Positions 27,523 to 37,163 of a stretch of 64,000 bases of DNA are shown piece by piece. The position numbers and the translations under genes were made by a program. The notes below the pieces were generated by a model. The model was not told where the DNA came from, ran no database searches, and worked only from the letters and a program-made list of their open reading frames with translations. Each line of letters opens with the position of its first letter. Position 1 is the stretch's first letter. The stretch comes from Candidatus Saccharimonadota bacterium (GTDB lineage: Bacteria; Patescibacteriota; Saccharimonadia; Saccharimonadales; OFTM59), in the NCBI GenBank assembly GCA_029260875.1, contig JAJDCL010000009.1, forward strand, positions 103-64,102. The letters are read 5' to 3'.

Positions 27523-28398
27523 ATGCGTGTTATAGAACCACGACAGTTTTCAGACATGAAAACCAAAAAGAAATCACCCCTCGCTAGAACATTAGCTATA
27601 ATCGCGGTGTGTAGCTCCCTCGGAATTGGATACATAGCTTATACCAACCTTGTGAGCAACAAATTTCAGCATAAAACAGAGATTCAGAGCCAGTCCAACG
27701 ACAAGAGCAAGGAGGAGACGGAAACTCTGCAGGGACAGTTAAAAATTCTTACTGGCGAAGAATTCAAAAATTTATACAGCTCCTTTGCCTACCCTAATAC
27801 CCAGATGCTGCATGAAAAGCCAAAAATTACCGGCAACAATGAGGCGGATGAGCGTATACGAGAAATCGCTGAAGCACGGGGATACAAGTTAAGTAGCGTC
27901 CCAGTTGCAAATATTGCTAAGACCGGCGAACCTGCTCTATCTGACGATGACTTAATCCAGCCGAACGCTCTAATTGCTTGGCGAGAACTGAAAGCAGCGG
28001 CAGAAGGGGATGGCGTTATGCTGCAGATGACATCTGCTTATCGCTCGGTCGAAGCACAGCGAGCACTATTTGTACGAAGAATGAAGTCAGAGGGAGTATA
28101 CCCAGAGAGCGTTGCAGCTGGTTTTGTGGATGATTTAGTAGTAAATCTTTTAACACGAGTGGCCCCGCCGGGGTATTCAAGGCACCACACCGGTTATACC
28201 ATTGATCTTGCCTGTGACGGTATTGGGCTTGACGCTTTTAAAACGACGAGTTGCTATAGTTGGCTGAGCAAAAATAATTACGAAAATACTAAGAAGTATG
28301 GCTGGGTGCCTAGCTATCCAGACGGGGTAAGCTTACAAGGCCCAGAACCGGAGCCGTGGGAATTTATTTGGGTTAGTACCTACTCTCTTTATGAATGA
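27523..28398 (+). CDS. VanY/M15B-family D-alanyl-D-alanine carboxypeptidase-like peptidase
   Basis: N-terminal TM anchor. SAYRSVEAQ and GYSRHHTGYTIDL give the zinc-ligand pattern of VanY-type enzymes. Confidence 0.75.
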   Translation: MRVIEPRQFSDMKTKKKSPLARTLAIIAVCSSLGIGYIAYTNLVSNKFQHKTEIQSQSNDKSKEETETLQGQLKILTGEEFKNLYSSFAYPNTQMLHEKPKITGNNEADERIREIAEARGYKLSSVPVANIAKTGEPALSDDDLIQPNALIAWRELKAAAEGDGVMLQMTSAYRSVEAQRALFVRRMKSEGVYPESVAAGFVDDLVVNLLTRVAPPGYSRHHTGYTIDLACDGIGLDAFKTTSCYSWLSKNNYENTKKYGWVPSYPDGVSLQGPEPEPWEFIWVSTYSLYE

Positions 28399-28443
28399 GC
28401 TTGTGCTTGCGGTTGACTGAGTATATGACGTAGAGTTATTGCA

Positions 28444-29376
28444 ATGGCGCAAACTAACACAAAAAAATCTACTGATTATATAGTGCCGCTGTACATGAAC
28501 GGCTTACGAGGCCGAATGCTCAAAATGCCGATGCCCAAGAATAAAAAGCGCGAAATACTTTTGATTTACGGGCATCATGCAACTATTGAGCGTCTGTATG
28601 GACTTGCGGAGTTGCTTAATGACTACGGTGCAGTAACAATGCCGGACCTACCGGGCTTTGGTGGTATGGACAGCTTTTACAAAATTGGTGAGCGACCCAC
28701 CCTGGACGATTTAGCCGATTATCTTGCAGCATTTGTTAAGCTCCGTTATCGCGGTCGCAGATTTACTCTAGCTGCTTTATCTTTTGGGTTTTTGGTGGCT
28801 ACGCGTATGCTCCAAAAACATCCAGACATTGCAAAGAAGGTAGATCTACTTGTTAGCTTCGTTGGTTTTACGCGTTATGATGAATTTACATTTTCAAGGC
28901 CACGGTATTGGTTTTATAGGTCACTGGCTACGGTCTTTTCGCGCAAACTACCATCCATTTTCTTCCATAATATTGTTTTGCACCCAGTCATCATCCGGAC
29001 ATTTTATAGGAGGACGCATAACGCAAAACACAAATTCAATAATTTAGATCAAGAAGAAAGAAAGCGCATAACTGATTTTGAAGTACACTTATGGCGCTGT
29101 AACGATGCTCGCACGCACATGTACACCTCTTTGGTTATGCTGACTGCTGACAACTGTGGAGTTAAGGTTGACGTGCCGGTGGTTCATTTGTCGGTCAAGA
29201 CGGATAATTACTTTGACAATAATATTGTTGAGCAGCACATGCAGGTGGTGTTTAGCTCCTACAAGCCGATTGCCGTAAATATTCACGGCCATAACATAAG
29301 TGTCGTGGCTACAAAACAACAATCCGAGCCACTGGTTCCGGCTAAGCTACGAGCCATTCTTCGTAAGCATCCATGA
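28444..29376 (+). CDS. alpha/beta-hydrolase-fold protein
   Basis: A LLIYGHH block and a nucleophile-elbow-like ALSFG. Overall lipase/esterase-like layout. Confidence 0.55.
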   Translation: MAQTNTKKSTDYIVPLYMNGLRGRMLKMPMPKNKKREILLIYGHHATIERLYGLAELLNDYGAVTMPDLPGFGGMDSFYKIGERPTLDDLADYLAAFVKLRYRGRRFTLAALSFGFLVATRMLQKHPDIAKKVDLLVSFVGFTRYDEFTFSRPRYWFYRSLATVFSRKLPSIFFHNIVLHPVIIRTFYRRTHNAKHKFNNLDQEERKRITDFEVHLWRCNDARTHMYTSLVMLTADNCGVKVDVPVVHLSVKTDNYFDNNIVEQHMQVVFSSYKPIAVNIHGHNISVVATKQQSEPLVPAKLRAILRKHP

Positions 29377-29389
29377 TAAGATATATGGG

Positions 29390-30505
29390 ATGAAAATTGG
29401 TCTGATTTGTCCCTATGATATATACAAGGGAGGTGGCGTGCAGGAATGCGTACGTGCTATGCAGTCTGAACTGTCAGCCCGTGGCCATAACGTAAAGATC
29501 ATAACTCCTTTGCCACGCAGAATAAGCAAAGGCAACCCTGAAAATGTTATCTTTATAGGTCGCTCAAGAGACATCAAGTCACCACTACACACAACCTCCC
29601 AGATATCTGTAAGCCTTAACAATGATATGGTTGAGGAGGTATTAGAGCGTGAAAAGTTCGATATACTGCACTTTCATGAGCCGTGGGTGCCGGCTGTTAG
29701 TAGGCAGGTTCTAGCCCGTTCTAAAGCCAAAAACGTTGCTACTTTTCATGCTAAACTGCCCGAAACAGTAGTAAGTCGTACGATCGAAAAGGTTATTACC
29801 CCCTATACCAAATCAGTATTGAAGTATCTAGATGCATTAACTGCAGTCTCCGACGCTGCTGCAACTTATGTGAGTACTTTGACTGACGAGCCGATCCACA
29901 TTATCCCGAATGGCATAGATTTGGATTACTATTCACCACAGCCGATACTTCATCCGAAATCTAGGCAGAAGCACATTGTTTTTATCGGACGACTCGAGAA
30001 GAGAAAAGGTGTCAAGTATTTGCTCCAGGCTTTCGCACTATTGCAGGAAAGACATCCGACAGTAAAGCTGACTATTGGCGGCGAAGGGCCTGACAGAGCA
30101 AAGCTTGAGATGCTTGCAGACAGCTTACATCTAAAAAACGTAGAGTTTGCTGGCTACGTTACTGAGAAGCAAAAAATGCACCTTCACGCTAGTGCTGACT
30201 TACTGTGTTCGCCTGCTCTTTACGGTGAAAGCTTTGGCATAGTCCTGCTGGAAGCACTTGCTAGCGGGGTTCCGATTGTCGCCGGTGAAAATCCTGGTTA
30301 TGCCAGTGTTATGAAGGGATTGGGCCAGTTATCGATCCTTGACCCAACTGATACTGATGAGTTTGCTCGTCGTATTGACCTGTTGTTAATGAACGACAAC
30401 TTGCGCAAGTTATGGCAAGACTGGGCGCTAGATTACGTCAAGCAGTTTGCTTACCCAAAAGTGGTCGATGCTTATGAACTGCTCTACAAAGGCCTGGTTA
30501 GATAA
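29390..30505 (+). CDS. GT4-family glycosyltransferase
   Basis: Starts MKIGLICPYD; the ORF-track start at 29300 overlaps the upstream gene. EX7E motif GESFGIVLLEALASG. Confidence 0.85.
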   Translation: MKIGLICPYDIYKGGGVQECVRAMQSELSARGHNVKIITPLPRRISKGNPENVIFIGRSRDIKSPLHTTSQISVSLNNDMVEEVLEREKFDILHFHEPWVPAVSRQVLARSKAKNVATFHAKLPETVVSRTIEKVITPYTKSVLKYLDALTAVSDAAATYVSTLTDEPIHIIPNGIDLDYYSPQPILHPKSRQKHIVFIGRLEKRKGVKYLLQAFALLQERHPTVKLTIGGEGPDRAKLEMLADSLHLKNVEFAGYVTEKQKMHLHASADLLCSPALYGESFGIVLLEALASGVPIVAGENPGYASVMKGLGQLSILDPTDTDEFARRIDLLLMNDNLRKLWQDWALDYVKQFAYPKVVDAYELLYKGLVR

Positions 30506-30507
30506 CT

Positions 30508-31644
30508 ATGAAAATTGGTTTTGTGCTTGATGACAGTCTTGATAAAACTGATGGCGTACAGCAGTATGTATTGACTATTGGACGATGGCTGAACGAAAAC
30601 GGACACAATGTGCATTATTTAGTCGGTGAGTCCAGGCGCACCGATTTACCGAATCTGCACAGCTTAAGCCGTAATATGAACGTACGATTTAATCACAATC
30701 GAATGTCAACACCCCTGCCTGCTAGCAGTAAGAAAATTCAAGACCTTCTAGATCAAGAAAACTTTGACGCGCTCCATGTGCAAATGCCCTACAGCCCGTT
30801 TATGGCTGCTAAAATTATCAATGCAGCCCCTAAATCGTGCGCGGTACTAGGCACTTTTCATATTATGGCCGCCAGTAAGTCATCTGAACTTGCAAACCGG
30901 GCCTTACGGATGTCGGTGGCCAGAAGCCTAAAACGATTTGACCAAATCTTTAGCGTGTCAGCTCCGACGGTAAGCTTTGCCAAGCGTGTTTACGGAGTTG
31001 AGTCTGATGTTTTGCCTTGCGCCGTGAACCTAGAAAATTTTTATAAAGCCCGGCCAATTAAAAAATACCAGGACGGCAAAATAAATATTGTTTTTTTGGG
31101 TCGGCTTGTAGAGCGCAAGGGTTGTCATTATTTACTGTCGGCCATAACAAGGCTTAGAGAGATTGAATCTGCACCCCTAAGAGTGATCATTTGTGGTCCA
31201 GGCCCACAAGAAAAAGTACTAAAGGAATACGTGCTAAAGAATAATCTGGGGGAAATAGTGCGCTTTATAGGCCACGTTAATGCTGAAAAGGCTGATTACT
31301 TGGCTTCGGCGCATATAGCGGTGTTCCCTAGCACCCAGGGAGAAACGTTTGGCATAGTTCTGGCGGAAGCTATGGCCTCCGGGAGCGAAGTTGTCATAGG
31401 TGGTGACAATCCTGGCTATCGTGCTGTTTTACAGGGGCGAGAAAGACATTTAATTAACCCTAAAGACACTGAGGCTTTTGCTAAGCTGCTTCAGTACTAC
31501 ATTAATAATTCTGCGGCCCGTCAAAGGTCTAAAAAGTGGCAGCAAGCCTTAGTTACGCAGTTTGATGTTAATGCTGTTGGTCGCCGGCTGGTTGGCTCAT
31601 GCAAAGAAGCTATTGCAAAGCGACAACTTCAGAAGGATAATTAG
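30508..31644 (+). CDS. GT4-family glycosyltransferase
   Basis: EX7E motif GETFGIVLAEAMASG. Lies 2 nt after the previous GT4 gene. Confidence 0.85.
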   Translation: MKIGFVLDDSLDKTDGVQQYVLTIGRWLNENGHNVHYLVGESRRTDLPNLHSLSRNMNVRFNHNRMSTPLPASSKKIQDLLDQENFDALHVQMPYSPFMAAKIINAAPKSCAVLGTFHIMAASKSSELANRALRMSVARSLKRFDQIFSVSAPTVSFAKRVYGVESDVLPCAVNLENFYKARPIKKYQDGKINIVFLGRLVERKGCHYLLSAITRLREIESAPLRVIICGPGPQEKVLKEYVLKNNLGEIVRFIGHVNAEKADYLASAHIAVFPSTQGETFGIVLAEAMASGSEVVIGGDNPGYRAVLQGRERHLINPKDTEAFAKLLQYYINNSAARQRSKKWQQALVTQFDVNAVGRRLVGSCKEAIAKRQLQKDN

Positions 31645-31647
31645 CTT

Positions 31648-32748
31648 ATGAAAATTTTTGGCGGCATAGAAAAAACGATTAGCATTACGACTGAGACTAT
31701 TGCAAAAACTATTTTCCTAACGGTTCTCGCGCTATTTATACTGAACTTTATTGGTGCAGTTGACCATCAACTAAAGCTGATATTTATATCGGCGTTTCTG
31801 GCAATGGCATTAAACCCCGCTGTGACATGGATAACCACCAGACTTAAAAGCAAGAGCCGGGTCCGAGCTACCGGGTTTGCCTATGTAGTGGTGCTCTCGG
31901 TACTAATAGGCTTTTTGATGTTGGTCGTCCCGCCACTAGTCAGTCAAACCAGTGACTTTGTCCGCGACATACCGCGCACAATTGAAAACTTTAAAACTCA
32001 AGATTCAGCGCCTGCAAATTTTGTGAGGCGGTATAACATTGACGAGCAACTAGATAAAATTGGCAATGATCTAAGTAACAGGACTAGTGAGCTTGCTGAC
32101 CCGGTTCTAAACACAGCCAGTCGTGCTGTAGCCACTCTGGTTTCAGTCATAACTATTCTGGTGCTGACATTTATGATGCTTATTGAAGGTCCGCTTTGGT
32201 TTAATCGTTTCTTATCGTTCCAGCCAGAAAGCAAGCGCGAGCAACGTAAAAACACAGTTCAGCGAATGTATAAAGTTGTAACGGGCTATGTGAATGGCCA
32301 GGTTTTGATTGCTGCGATCGCAGCAGCCTTTGCGCTAGTGGCTTTGCTTATTGGTAACACTATTTTTGACACTTCAGTAAATGCGGTTGCCCTTGCTGGC
32401 ATAACCTTTATATTCGGCCTTATCCCACTAATTGGAAATATTATCGGCTCAGCTATAGTTGTGCTGATGTGTTTGTTTGCCTCTTCTGGCCTCGCCTTTA
32501 TGATGGCTATTTATTATCTTGTGTACCAACAGGTTGAAAATGCAACTTTGCAACCATATATCCAATCCCGAAGTAATCAGCTTACACCTTTAACGGTTTT
32601 TATGGCGGCATTGTTGGGCGCAGGGTTCGGGGGCTTACTGGGCGCCCTGGCGGCCATCCCCGTCGCTGGTTGCATCAAGATAATATTAGAGGAATACTTG
32701 AATAAAGTAATGCCTTCGTCTAAATCAGCTGCTCAGTCTAAAGCCTAG
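31648..32748 (+). CDS. AI-2E (PerM/YhhT) family transporter
   Basis: About 8 TM segments. The C-terminal GALAAIPVAG segment is typical of the family. Confidence 0.8.
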   Translation: MKIFGGIEKTISITTETIAKTIFLTVLALFILNFIGAVDHQLKLIFISAFLAMALNPAVTWITTRLKSKSRVRATGFAYVVVLSVLIGFLMLVVPPLVSQTSDFVRDIPRTIENFKTQDSAPANFVRRYNIDEQLDKIGNDLSNRTSELADPVLNTASRAVATLVSVITILVLTFMMLIEGPLWFNRFLSFQPESKREQRKNTVQRMYKVVTGYVNGQVLIAAIAAAFALVALLIGNTIFDTSVNAVALAGITFIFGLIPLIGNIIGSAIVVLMCLFASSGLAFMMAIYYLVYQQVENATLQPYIQSRSNQLTPLTVFMAALLGAGFGGLLGALAAIPVAGCIKIILEEYLNKVMPSSKSAAQSKA

Positions 32749-34099
32749 ACCAGATCGGGCCATGCGGTGTGTCGCGTACGGCAATTCCTTGCTCCTTAAG
32801 TCTAGCTCGTAGCTCATCTGATTTTTTGAAATCCATTTTTTGACGAGCCTTTTCCCTGTCCGCTATTAGGTGCTTATGATGGTCCGTAATATCTTTAGTC
32901 TTGGCAAGGTTTATACCAAGCACATTCTCAATAAGCATTAAACTTTCTAAATATTGGTCATTATTAGAATCAAATACTCCACTCTCTAGGGGCTCTGTCA
33001 GGTAACCACTAATAAGCGACAGAGCTAGGGGCGTGTTTAGGTCGTTTAGTAGAGCATCTTTTATCGACGCAATATTTGTGCTCATTAAGTATGGAGCGCT
33101 GCCATTTTTGACTTGCCATCTTAAGTCTGCAAAAGCTTGCAGGTTTTTGAGCCTGTTCGCAGCTGCGTCAAGGTTTTCCCAGGTGAAGTTGCTTTCTGAG
33201 CGATAATGAGTTTGGAGCAAAAGCAAGCGCAGGGCCATGGGGTCGTATCCCCGACTAAGCACATCGCGAATTGTAATAAAATTTCCCATGCTTTTGCCCA
33301 TGCGTCTACCGTCTACGGTCAAAAACCCCCCGTGCATCCAATATTTTACAAAAGGAACTTTGCCAGACAGAGACTCCATTAGTGTGATCTCAGCTTCGTG
33401 GTGTGGAAAAATAAGATCCACAGCTCCACCATGAATATCGTATTGCGGGCCAAAGAAGTGCTCTGTAATAGCTGTATCTTCAATATGCCAACCGGGACGG
33501 CCCTTACCAAACGGAGCATCCCATACTGGCTCGTCTGGCTTAGAGAATTTCCACACACAAAAATCGTTCCATCCCTTCTTCTGATTGCTTTGGTCAATGC
33601 GGCTCTCAGCGTCGTTTTCCTTGATTTCTGTTCGTCCGGACAGTTTGCCATAGTCCTTAAAGGTGGCAATTTCAAAATAGATTCCATCGTCTATTTTGTA
33701 AGCGTGACCCTTATCTAAAAGTGTTTTGACCTGCTGAATTATATCTTCAATATAATCAGTAGCTCGCGCATATTGACTAACGGCGGTATTGCCAAGACTT
33801 TCCATGTCTTTTTTGTACTCTGACTCGTACTTGTCGCGTAACTCATCCCAGCCAACCCCCTGCTCCTTTGCTCTGGCAATAATTTTATCGTCAATATCGG
33901 TAATATTTTGCAGGTAAACTACTTCATAACCCGCCATCCGTAAGACTCGGGCCAATACATCAAACTGAACATACGTTTTGGCGTTGCCAATTTGTGCCAA
34001 GTCATAAACAGTTGGCCCGCACACAAACAACTTGAACCTGCTTTTATTAAGCGGAGAAACCTCATCAATTGTGCGCGATAGTGTGTTGTATAGTTTCAT
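32738..34099 (-). CDS. cysS: cysteine--tRNA ligase (atypical HIGH and Zn-ligand residues)
   Basis: Colinear with E. coli CysRS: VCGPTVYD, NITDIDDKII, GRPGWHIE, FPHHEAE and KMGKSMGN. However, HIGH is QIGN and the HIEC cysteine is Asp. Confidence 0.92.
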   Translation of the reverse strand: MKLYNTLSRTIDEVSPLNKSRFKLFVCGPTVYDLAQIGNAKTYVQFDVLARVLRMAGYEVVYLQNITDIDDKIIARAKEQGVGWDELRDKYESEYKKDMESLGNTAVSQYARATDYIEDIIQQVKTLLDKGHAYKIDDGIYFEIATFKDYGKLSGRTEIKENDAESRIDQSNQKKGWNDFCVWKFSKPDEPVWDAPFGKGRPGWHIEDTAITEHFFGPQYDIHGGAVDLIFPHHEAEITLMESLSGKVPFVKYWMHGGFLTVDGRRMGKSMGNFITIRDVLSRGYDPMALRLLLLQTHYRSESNFTWENLDAAANRLKNLQAFADLRWQVKNGSAPYLMSTNIASIKDALLNDLNTPLALSLISGYLTEPLESGVFDSNNDQYLESLMLIENVLGINLAKTKDITDHHKHLIADREKARQKMDFKKSDELRARLKEQGIAVRDTPHGPIWSRL

Positions 34100-35097
34100 T
34101 AGGATTTACTACTGATATTATCTAAGAGTTCTGTAGCCCTGGCTATGCATTCTGATTTTATTTCGCTAAATAAGCGTCCATCAGTTATTTTGAATCCGGC
34201 AGCATAAGGATGGCCACCGCCTCCGAAGTGCGTAGCAAGCTCACCAGCTATTGGCGCGCCATAGTTAGCCCGCAGTTTTGCGGTAATTTTACCGTCGGGG
34301 TACTGCTTAAAACCGATAGCTATTTGTGTCTCCTCAGCTAGCAACATATCTTCTATGACTAGCATAGTGGGGTTATACGCGTGACTGTACTTCTCGATTT
34401 CCTGCCACGGTATTGTGATTGTAGCTATTTTGCTATCTGAGAGATACTCTACTCGCTGTAATAGAGCACCCTTATAATGGACGAGCTCAGCTGGTCTGCG
34501 CATACTAGCCCGCCGCCCCGCTTCAAGTTCCGGGATAGAAACACCTTTTTCAACCAACTCAGCAATGATATGAATACTGCGCGAGGATGTTTTGTCGGTA
34601 GTCAGGCCCCGACTATCCGCCATGATCGCCGTGGCTATCATTCTTAATGCAATAGAATTGAGCGGCCACTCAAGCTTGCTGGCAATTCCGTACAGTATTT
34701 CACCCGTAGCCACGGCTGGCTCATTAATACAAAATTCCGCAAATGCGATCTTCTGTACTCCTTCGTGGTGGTCAAGGACAATGACTGGCTTGCTTTTCAG
34801 CCACATAATTTGTCCTGTTTTAGTGAGTTTTTCTAAAAGTGTTTCTGAGCTTGTGTCTACTATGATTGACAAGTCAAAATGTTTAGGCAAATCGTTAGTG
34901 ATCCTGTCCCATCCCGGCAAGTAACGCAAATATGACGGTACCTCAACCCCGCAGTACAATATAGGTTCCTTCCCCATATCACCTAGCACCTGTTCTAAGG
35001 CTAGCGCGCTACCTAAGCTGTCGCCATCCGGATTATCCGCTTGAATAATCACGATTTTTTGTGAACTATTAATAACCTCACCAATTTTGTTAATCAT
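34099..35097 (-). CDS. DHH/DHHA1 phosphoesterase (NrnA-like)
   Basis: DNPDGDSLGS, VLDHHEG and GGGHPYAAG. ATG 35097 (MINKIGEV...) is preferred over the ORF-track start at 35202. Confidence 0.85.
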   Translation of the reverse strand: MINKIGEVINSSQKIVIIQADNPDGDSLGSALALEQVLGDMGKEPILYCGVEVPSYLRYLPGWDRITNDLPKHFDLSIIVDTSSETLLEKLTKTGQIMWLKSKPVIVLDHHEGVQKIAFAEFCINEPAVATGEILYGIASKLEWPLNSIALRMIATAIMADSRGLTTDKTSSRSIHIIAELVEKGVSIPELEAGRRASMRRPAELVHYKGALLQRVEYLSDSKIATITIPWQEIEKYSHAYNPTMLVIEDMLLAEETQIAIGFKQYPDGKITAKLRANYGAPIAGELATHFGGGGHPYAAGFKITDGRLFSEIKSECIARATELLDNISSKS

Positions 35098-35161
35098 CAG
35101 TAGTATTGTACTACAATAAGTGACCTGGTAATGATGACAAAAGGATGTCATAATATAGTGT

Positions 35162-35947
35162 GTGATTAATAACACTGCAGAAACACCTAGTTTACTTAAC
35201 ACATGCAGGATAGACCCGCATGTGAGTATGCCCCGGCACCTTTATGGGCCACATACCGAAGGAGTCCGTAGTTGCTATGTTGATCTTAATGAAACAACTA
35301 TTAGGGCGTTGCGTGTGATCTCCGAGCAGCAAATTAACGAGTTAGGGGCCGAGCAAACTGCCGAGCGGGAGTTGCTTGGAACTACCTTATTGCTTGCCAA
35401 CCGTGGGCTGGTAAGATACGTGCTAGACGGTCCAAAAAGTAACAAATATCAATTAACTTGTACTAGGGCCAATGAAAGACGCGAGGTACTTGAACAGCTA
35501 CCTGCGCTTGACCGAGATGACTTGCTTCAAGCTTGCTTCGTAACTATATTTAGAACCTCGCTAATGTGGAACTCAACATTGGGGGCAAGTTTTTCTGAGT
35601 ACGAAAGGGGCTGGTTGATGACGACCGTCAAAAGAACCATTGATAATACGGGCCGTACTATCAAAATTCCTACAAAAGTCTTAGAGCAATTACGTTGCCA
35701 CAAAAGGACAGAATCGGGCCGAGCGGTCAGGCTGTATTACCGTGGGCTACCGGTACTCGATAGGGATGGTGAGGACTGTCTGCCGGTGGCTGTACCGCTA
35801 ATAGACGTGGCTGACACTGATGAAAATCAAGCTCCCTGTGGTGGCGTAGCTGTCGGCCATGAATTTGCTGCTATGGTGCCTGACATCCCGCCTAACATCA
35901 TCCGATTGCTCCGGATGAGTTTCAGCAGGTTGAATCTAAAGCGTTAG
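35162..35947 (+). CDS. sigma-70-like protein, N-terminal part (region 2), frame-split from region 4
   Basis: LLLANRGLVRYV (2.1/2.2-like) and DRDDLLQACFVTIFRTSLMWN...FSEYERGWLMTTVKRTI...RTIKIPT (2.3/2.4-like). Ends with a TAG that overlaps the next ORF's GTG. Confidence 0.55.
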   Translation: MINNTAETPSLLNTCRIDPHVSMPRHLYGPHTEGVRSCYVDLNETTIRALRVISEQQINELGAEQTAERELLGTTLLLANRGLVRYVLDGPKSNKYQLTCTRANERREVLEQLPALDRDDLLQACFVTIFRTSLMWNSTLGASFSEYERGWLMTTVKRTIDNTGRTIKIPTKVLEQLRCHKRTESGRAVRLYYRGLPVLDRDGEDCLPVAVPLIDVADTDENQAPCGGVAVGHEFAAMVPDIPPNIIRLLRMSFSRLNLKR

Positions 35948-36165
35948 TGCAGCTACTTCTCAGTAAGTGCACACCGATGGCAAGACAAATTCTGGAACTG
36001 AACTTTGGCATTAATGGTCAGACGCCAATGAGTTATTCGGCTATCGCAAAAAGGCTGAGTGTGCATGAAGAAACTGTTGGGGCTATAAAAAAACGCACCC
36101 TAGAGGCGCTGCGCACCTTGCTAGCCTCTATGGATGGGGCTACTAATGGCGACTGCCCCGCGTAG
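35947..36165 (+). CDS. sigma-70 region 4 (HTH) as a separate 72-aa ORF
   Basis: ARQILELNFGINGQTPMSYSAIAKRLSVHEETVGAIKKRTLEALR matches region 4.2. This frame is already open from 35896 with region-4.1-like sequence. Confidence 0.55.
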   Translation: MQLLLSKCTPMARQILELNFGINGQTPMSYSAIAKRLSVHEETVGAIKKRTLEALRTLLASMDGATNGDCPA

Positions 36166-36207
36166 TGCTTGTTTGCAAAAATACGAGGCGCACTAAGCAT
36201 TAATTGC

Positions 36208-36813
36208 TTAAAGCAATGTACGGCCCTGAAGGGCGCGTCCTAGAGTTATCTGATCTGCATACTCTAGGTCAACACCTACCGGCAGCCCACGAGCTAAACG
36301 AGTAATCTTAATCTTTCTGCTGTTTAGTTGCTGCTGTATATAAAGTGCAGTTGACTCACCCTCTACGCTGGCGTTGGTAGCAAGAATGATTTCCTTAACT
36401 CCATCTTCATCTATGCGACTAATTAATTCCTTGATGTGAAGCTGCTCAGGTGTGATGCCATCAATTGGAGAAACCAGCCCGCCCAAAACATGGTATGTGC
36501 CTTTATATTGGCTAGTTTTTTCAATTGCAACTATATCAAAGGGTTCGGCTACCACAGCCACCAACTTCTTATCACGGCTCGGGTCTGTGTAGAGATCCGA
36601 AAGCTCCTTGCCTTTTTGCACGAGAGCAAATGTTTTTTGGCAATAGCTGACCCCGTCTCTCATTGTCTCAATTGCAGTGTAGAGCTCATGACTTACAGAC
36701 GGTTCCGCCTTTAATAGGAAATATGCGTATCTTTCAGCGGTACGCGGCCCAACACCTGGCAAATTGCCAAACGCTTCAATTAATGAAACCAGGGCTGGTG
36801 GCAAAACTTGCAT
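36208..36813 (-). CDS. recR: recombination protein RecR (zinc-finger cysteines absent)
   Basis: N-terminal HhH (LPGVGPRTAERYAYFLL) and a Toprim domain (ILATNASVEGESTALYI). Confidence 0.92.
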   Translation of the reverse strand: MQVLPPALVSLIEAFGNLPGVGPRTAERYAYFLLKAEPSVSHELYTAIETMRDGVSYCQKTFALVQKGKELSDLYTDPSRDKKLVAVVAEPFDIVAIEKTSQYKGTYHVLGGLVSPIDGITPEQLHIKELISRIDEDGVKEIILATNASVEGESTALYIQQQLNSRKIKITRLARGLPVGVDLEYADQITLGRALQGRTLL

Positions 36814-36828
36814 GGGTCGTATACGATT

Positions 36829-37122
36829 CTATAAACCCAAGTTACCGAGCATGCCCATCATAGGCTGCATTTTTTCTGAAGCGATCTTTTGGCTTTCCTG
36901 AATCGCCTCTTTGACCGCGTCTTCTACCCAGCGCTCTAGCTGACCGACATCATTTAGGTCGATTGACTCTGGGTCAATGTGAATCTTTTTAATTTTTTGT
37001 TCGCCTGTAATCTCTACTCTTACTGCGCCATCGCCCTTTTCAATGCTGATCACCATCTTTTGCAATTCCTTTTGCAGCTTTTTCACCTTCAGCAGCATTT
37101 TAGCCTGGTCAAATTTACTCAT
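36829..37122 (-). CDS. YbaB/EbfC-family nucleoid-associated protein
   Basis: 97 aa. Lies in the conserved position between dnaX-type genes and recR. YbaB-like core (GDGAVRVEITGEQKIKKIHIDPE). Confidence 0.8.
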   Translation of the reverse strand: MSKFDQAKMLLKVKKLQKELQKMVISIEKGDGAVRVEITGEQKIKKIHIDPESIDLNDVGQLERWVEDAVKEAIQESQKIASEKMQPMMGMLGNLGL

Positions 37123-37163
37123 TGCTTAGCTCCTTAACTTCTAACTCTAATTATAACAGATTG

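Noticed and set aside
29300-29389. Upstream extension of the first GT4 gene to ATG 29300.
   Set aside because: It overlaps the end of the alpha/beta-hydrolase gene by 77 nt. GT4 enzymes typically begin MKI(G/A)..., as at 29390.
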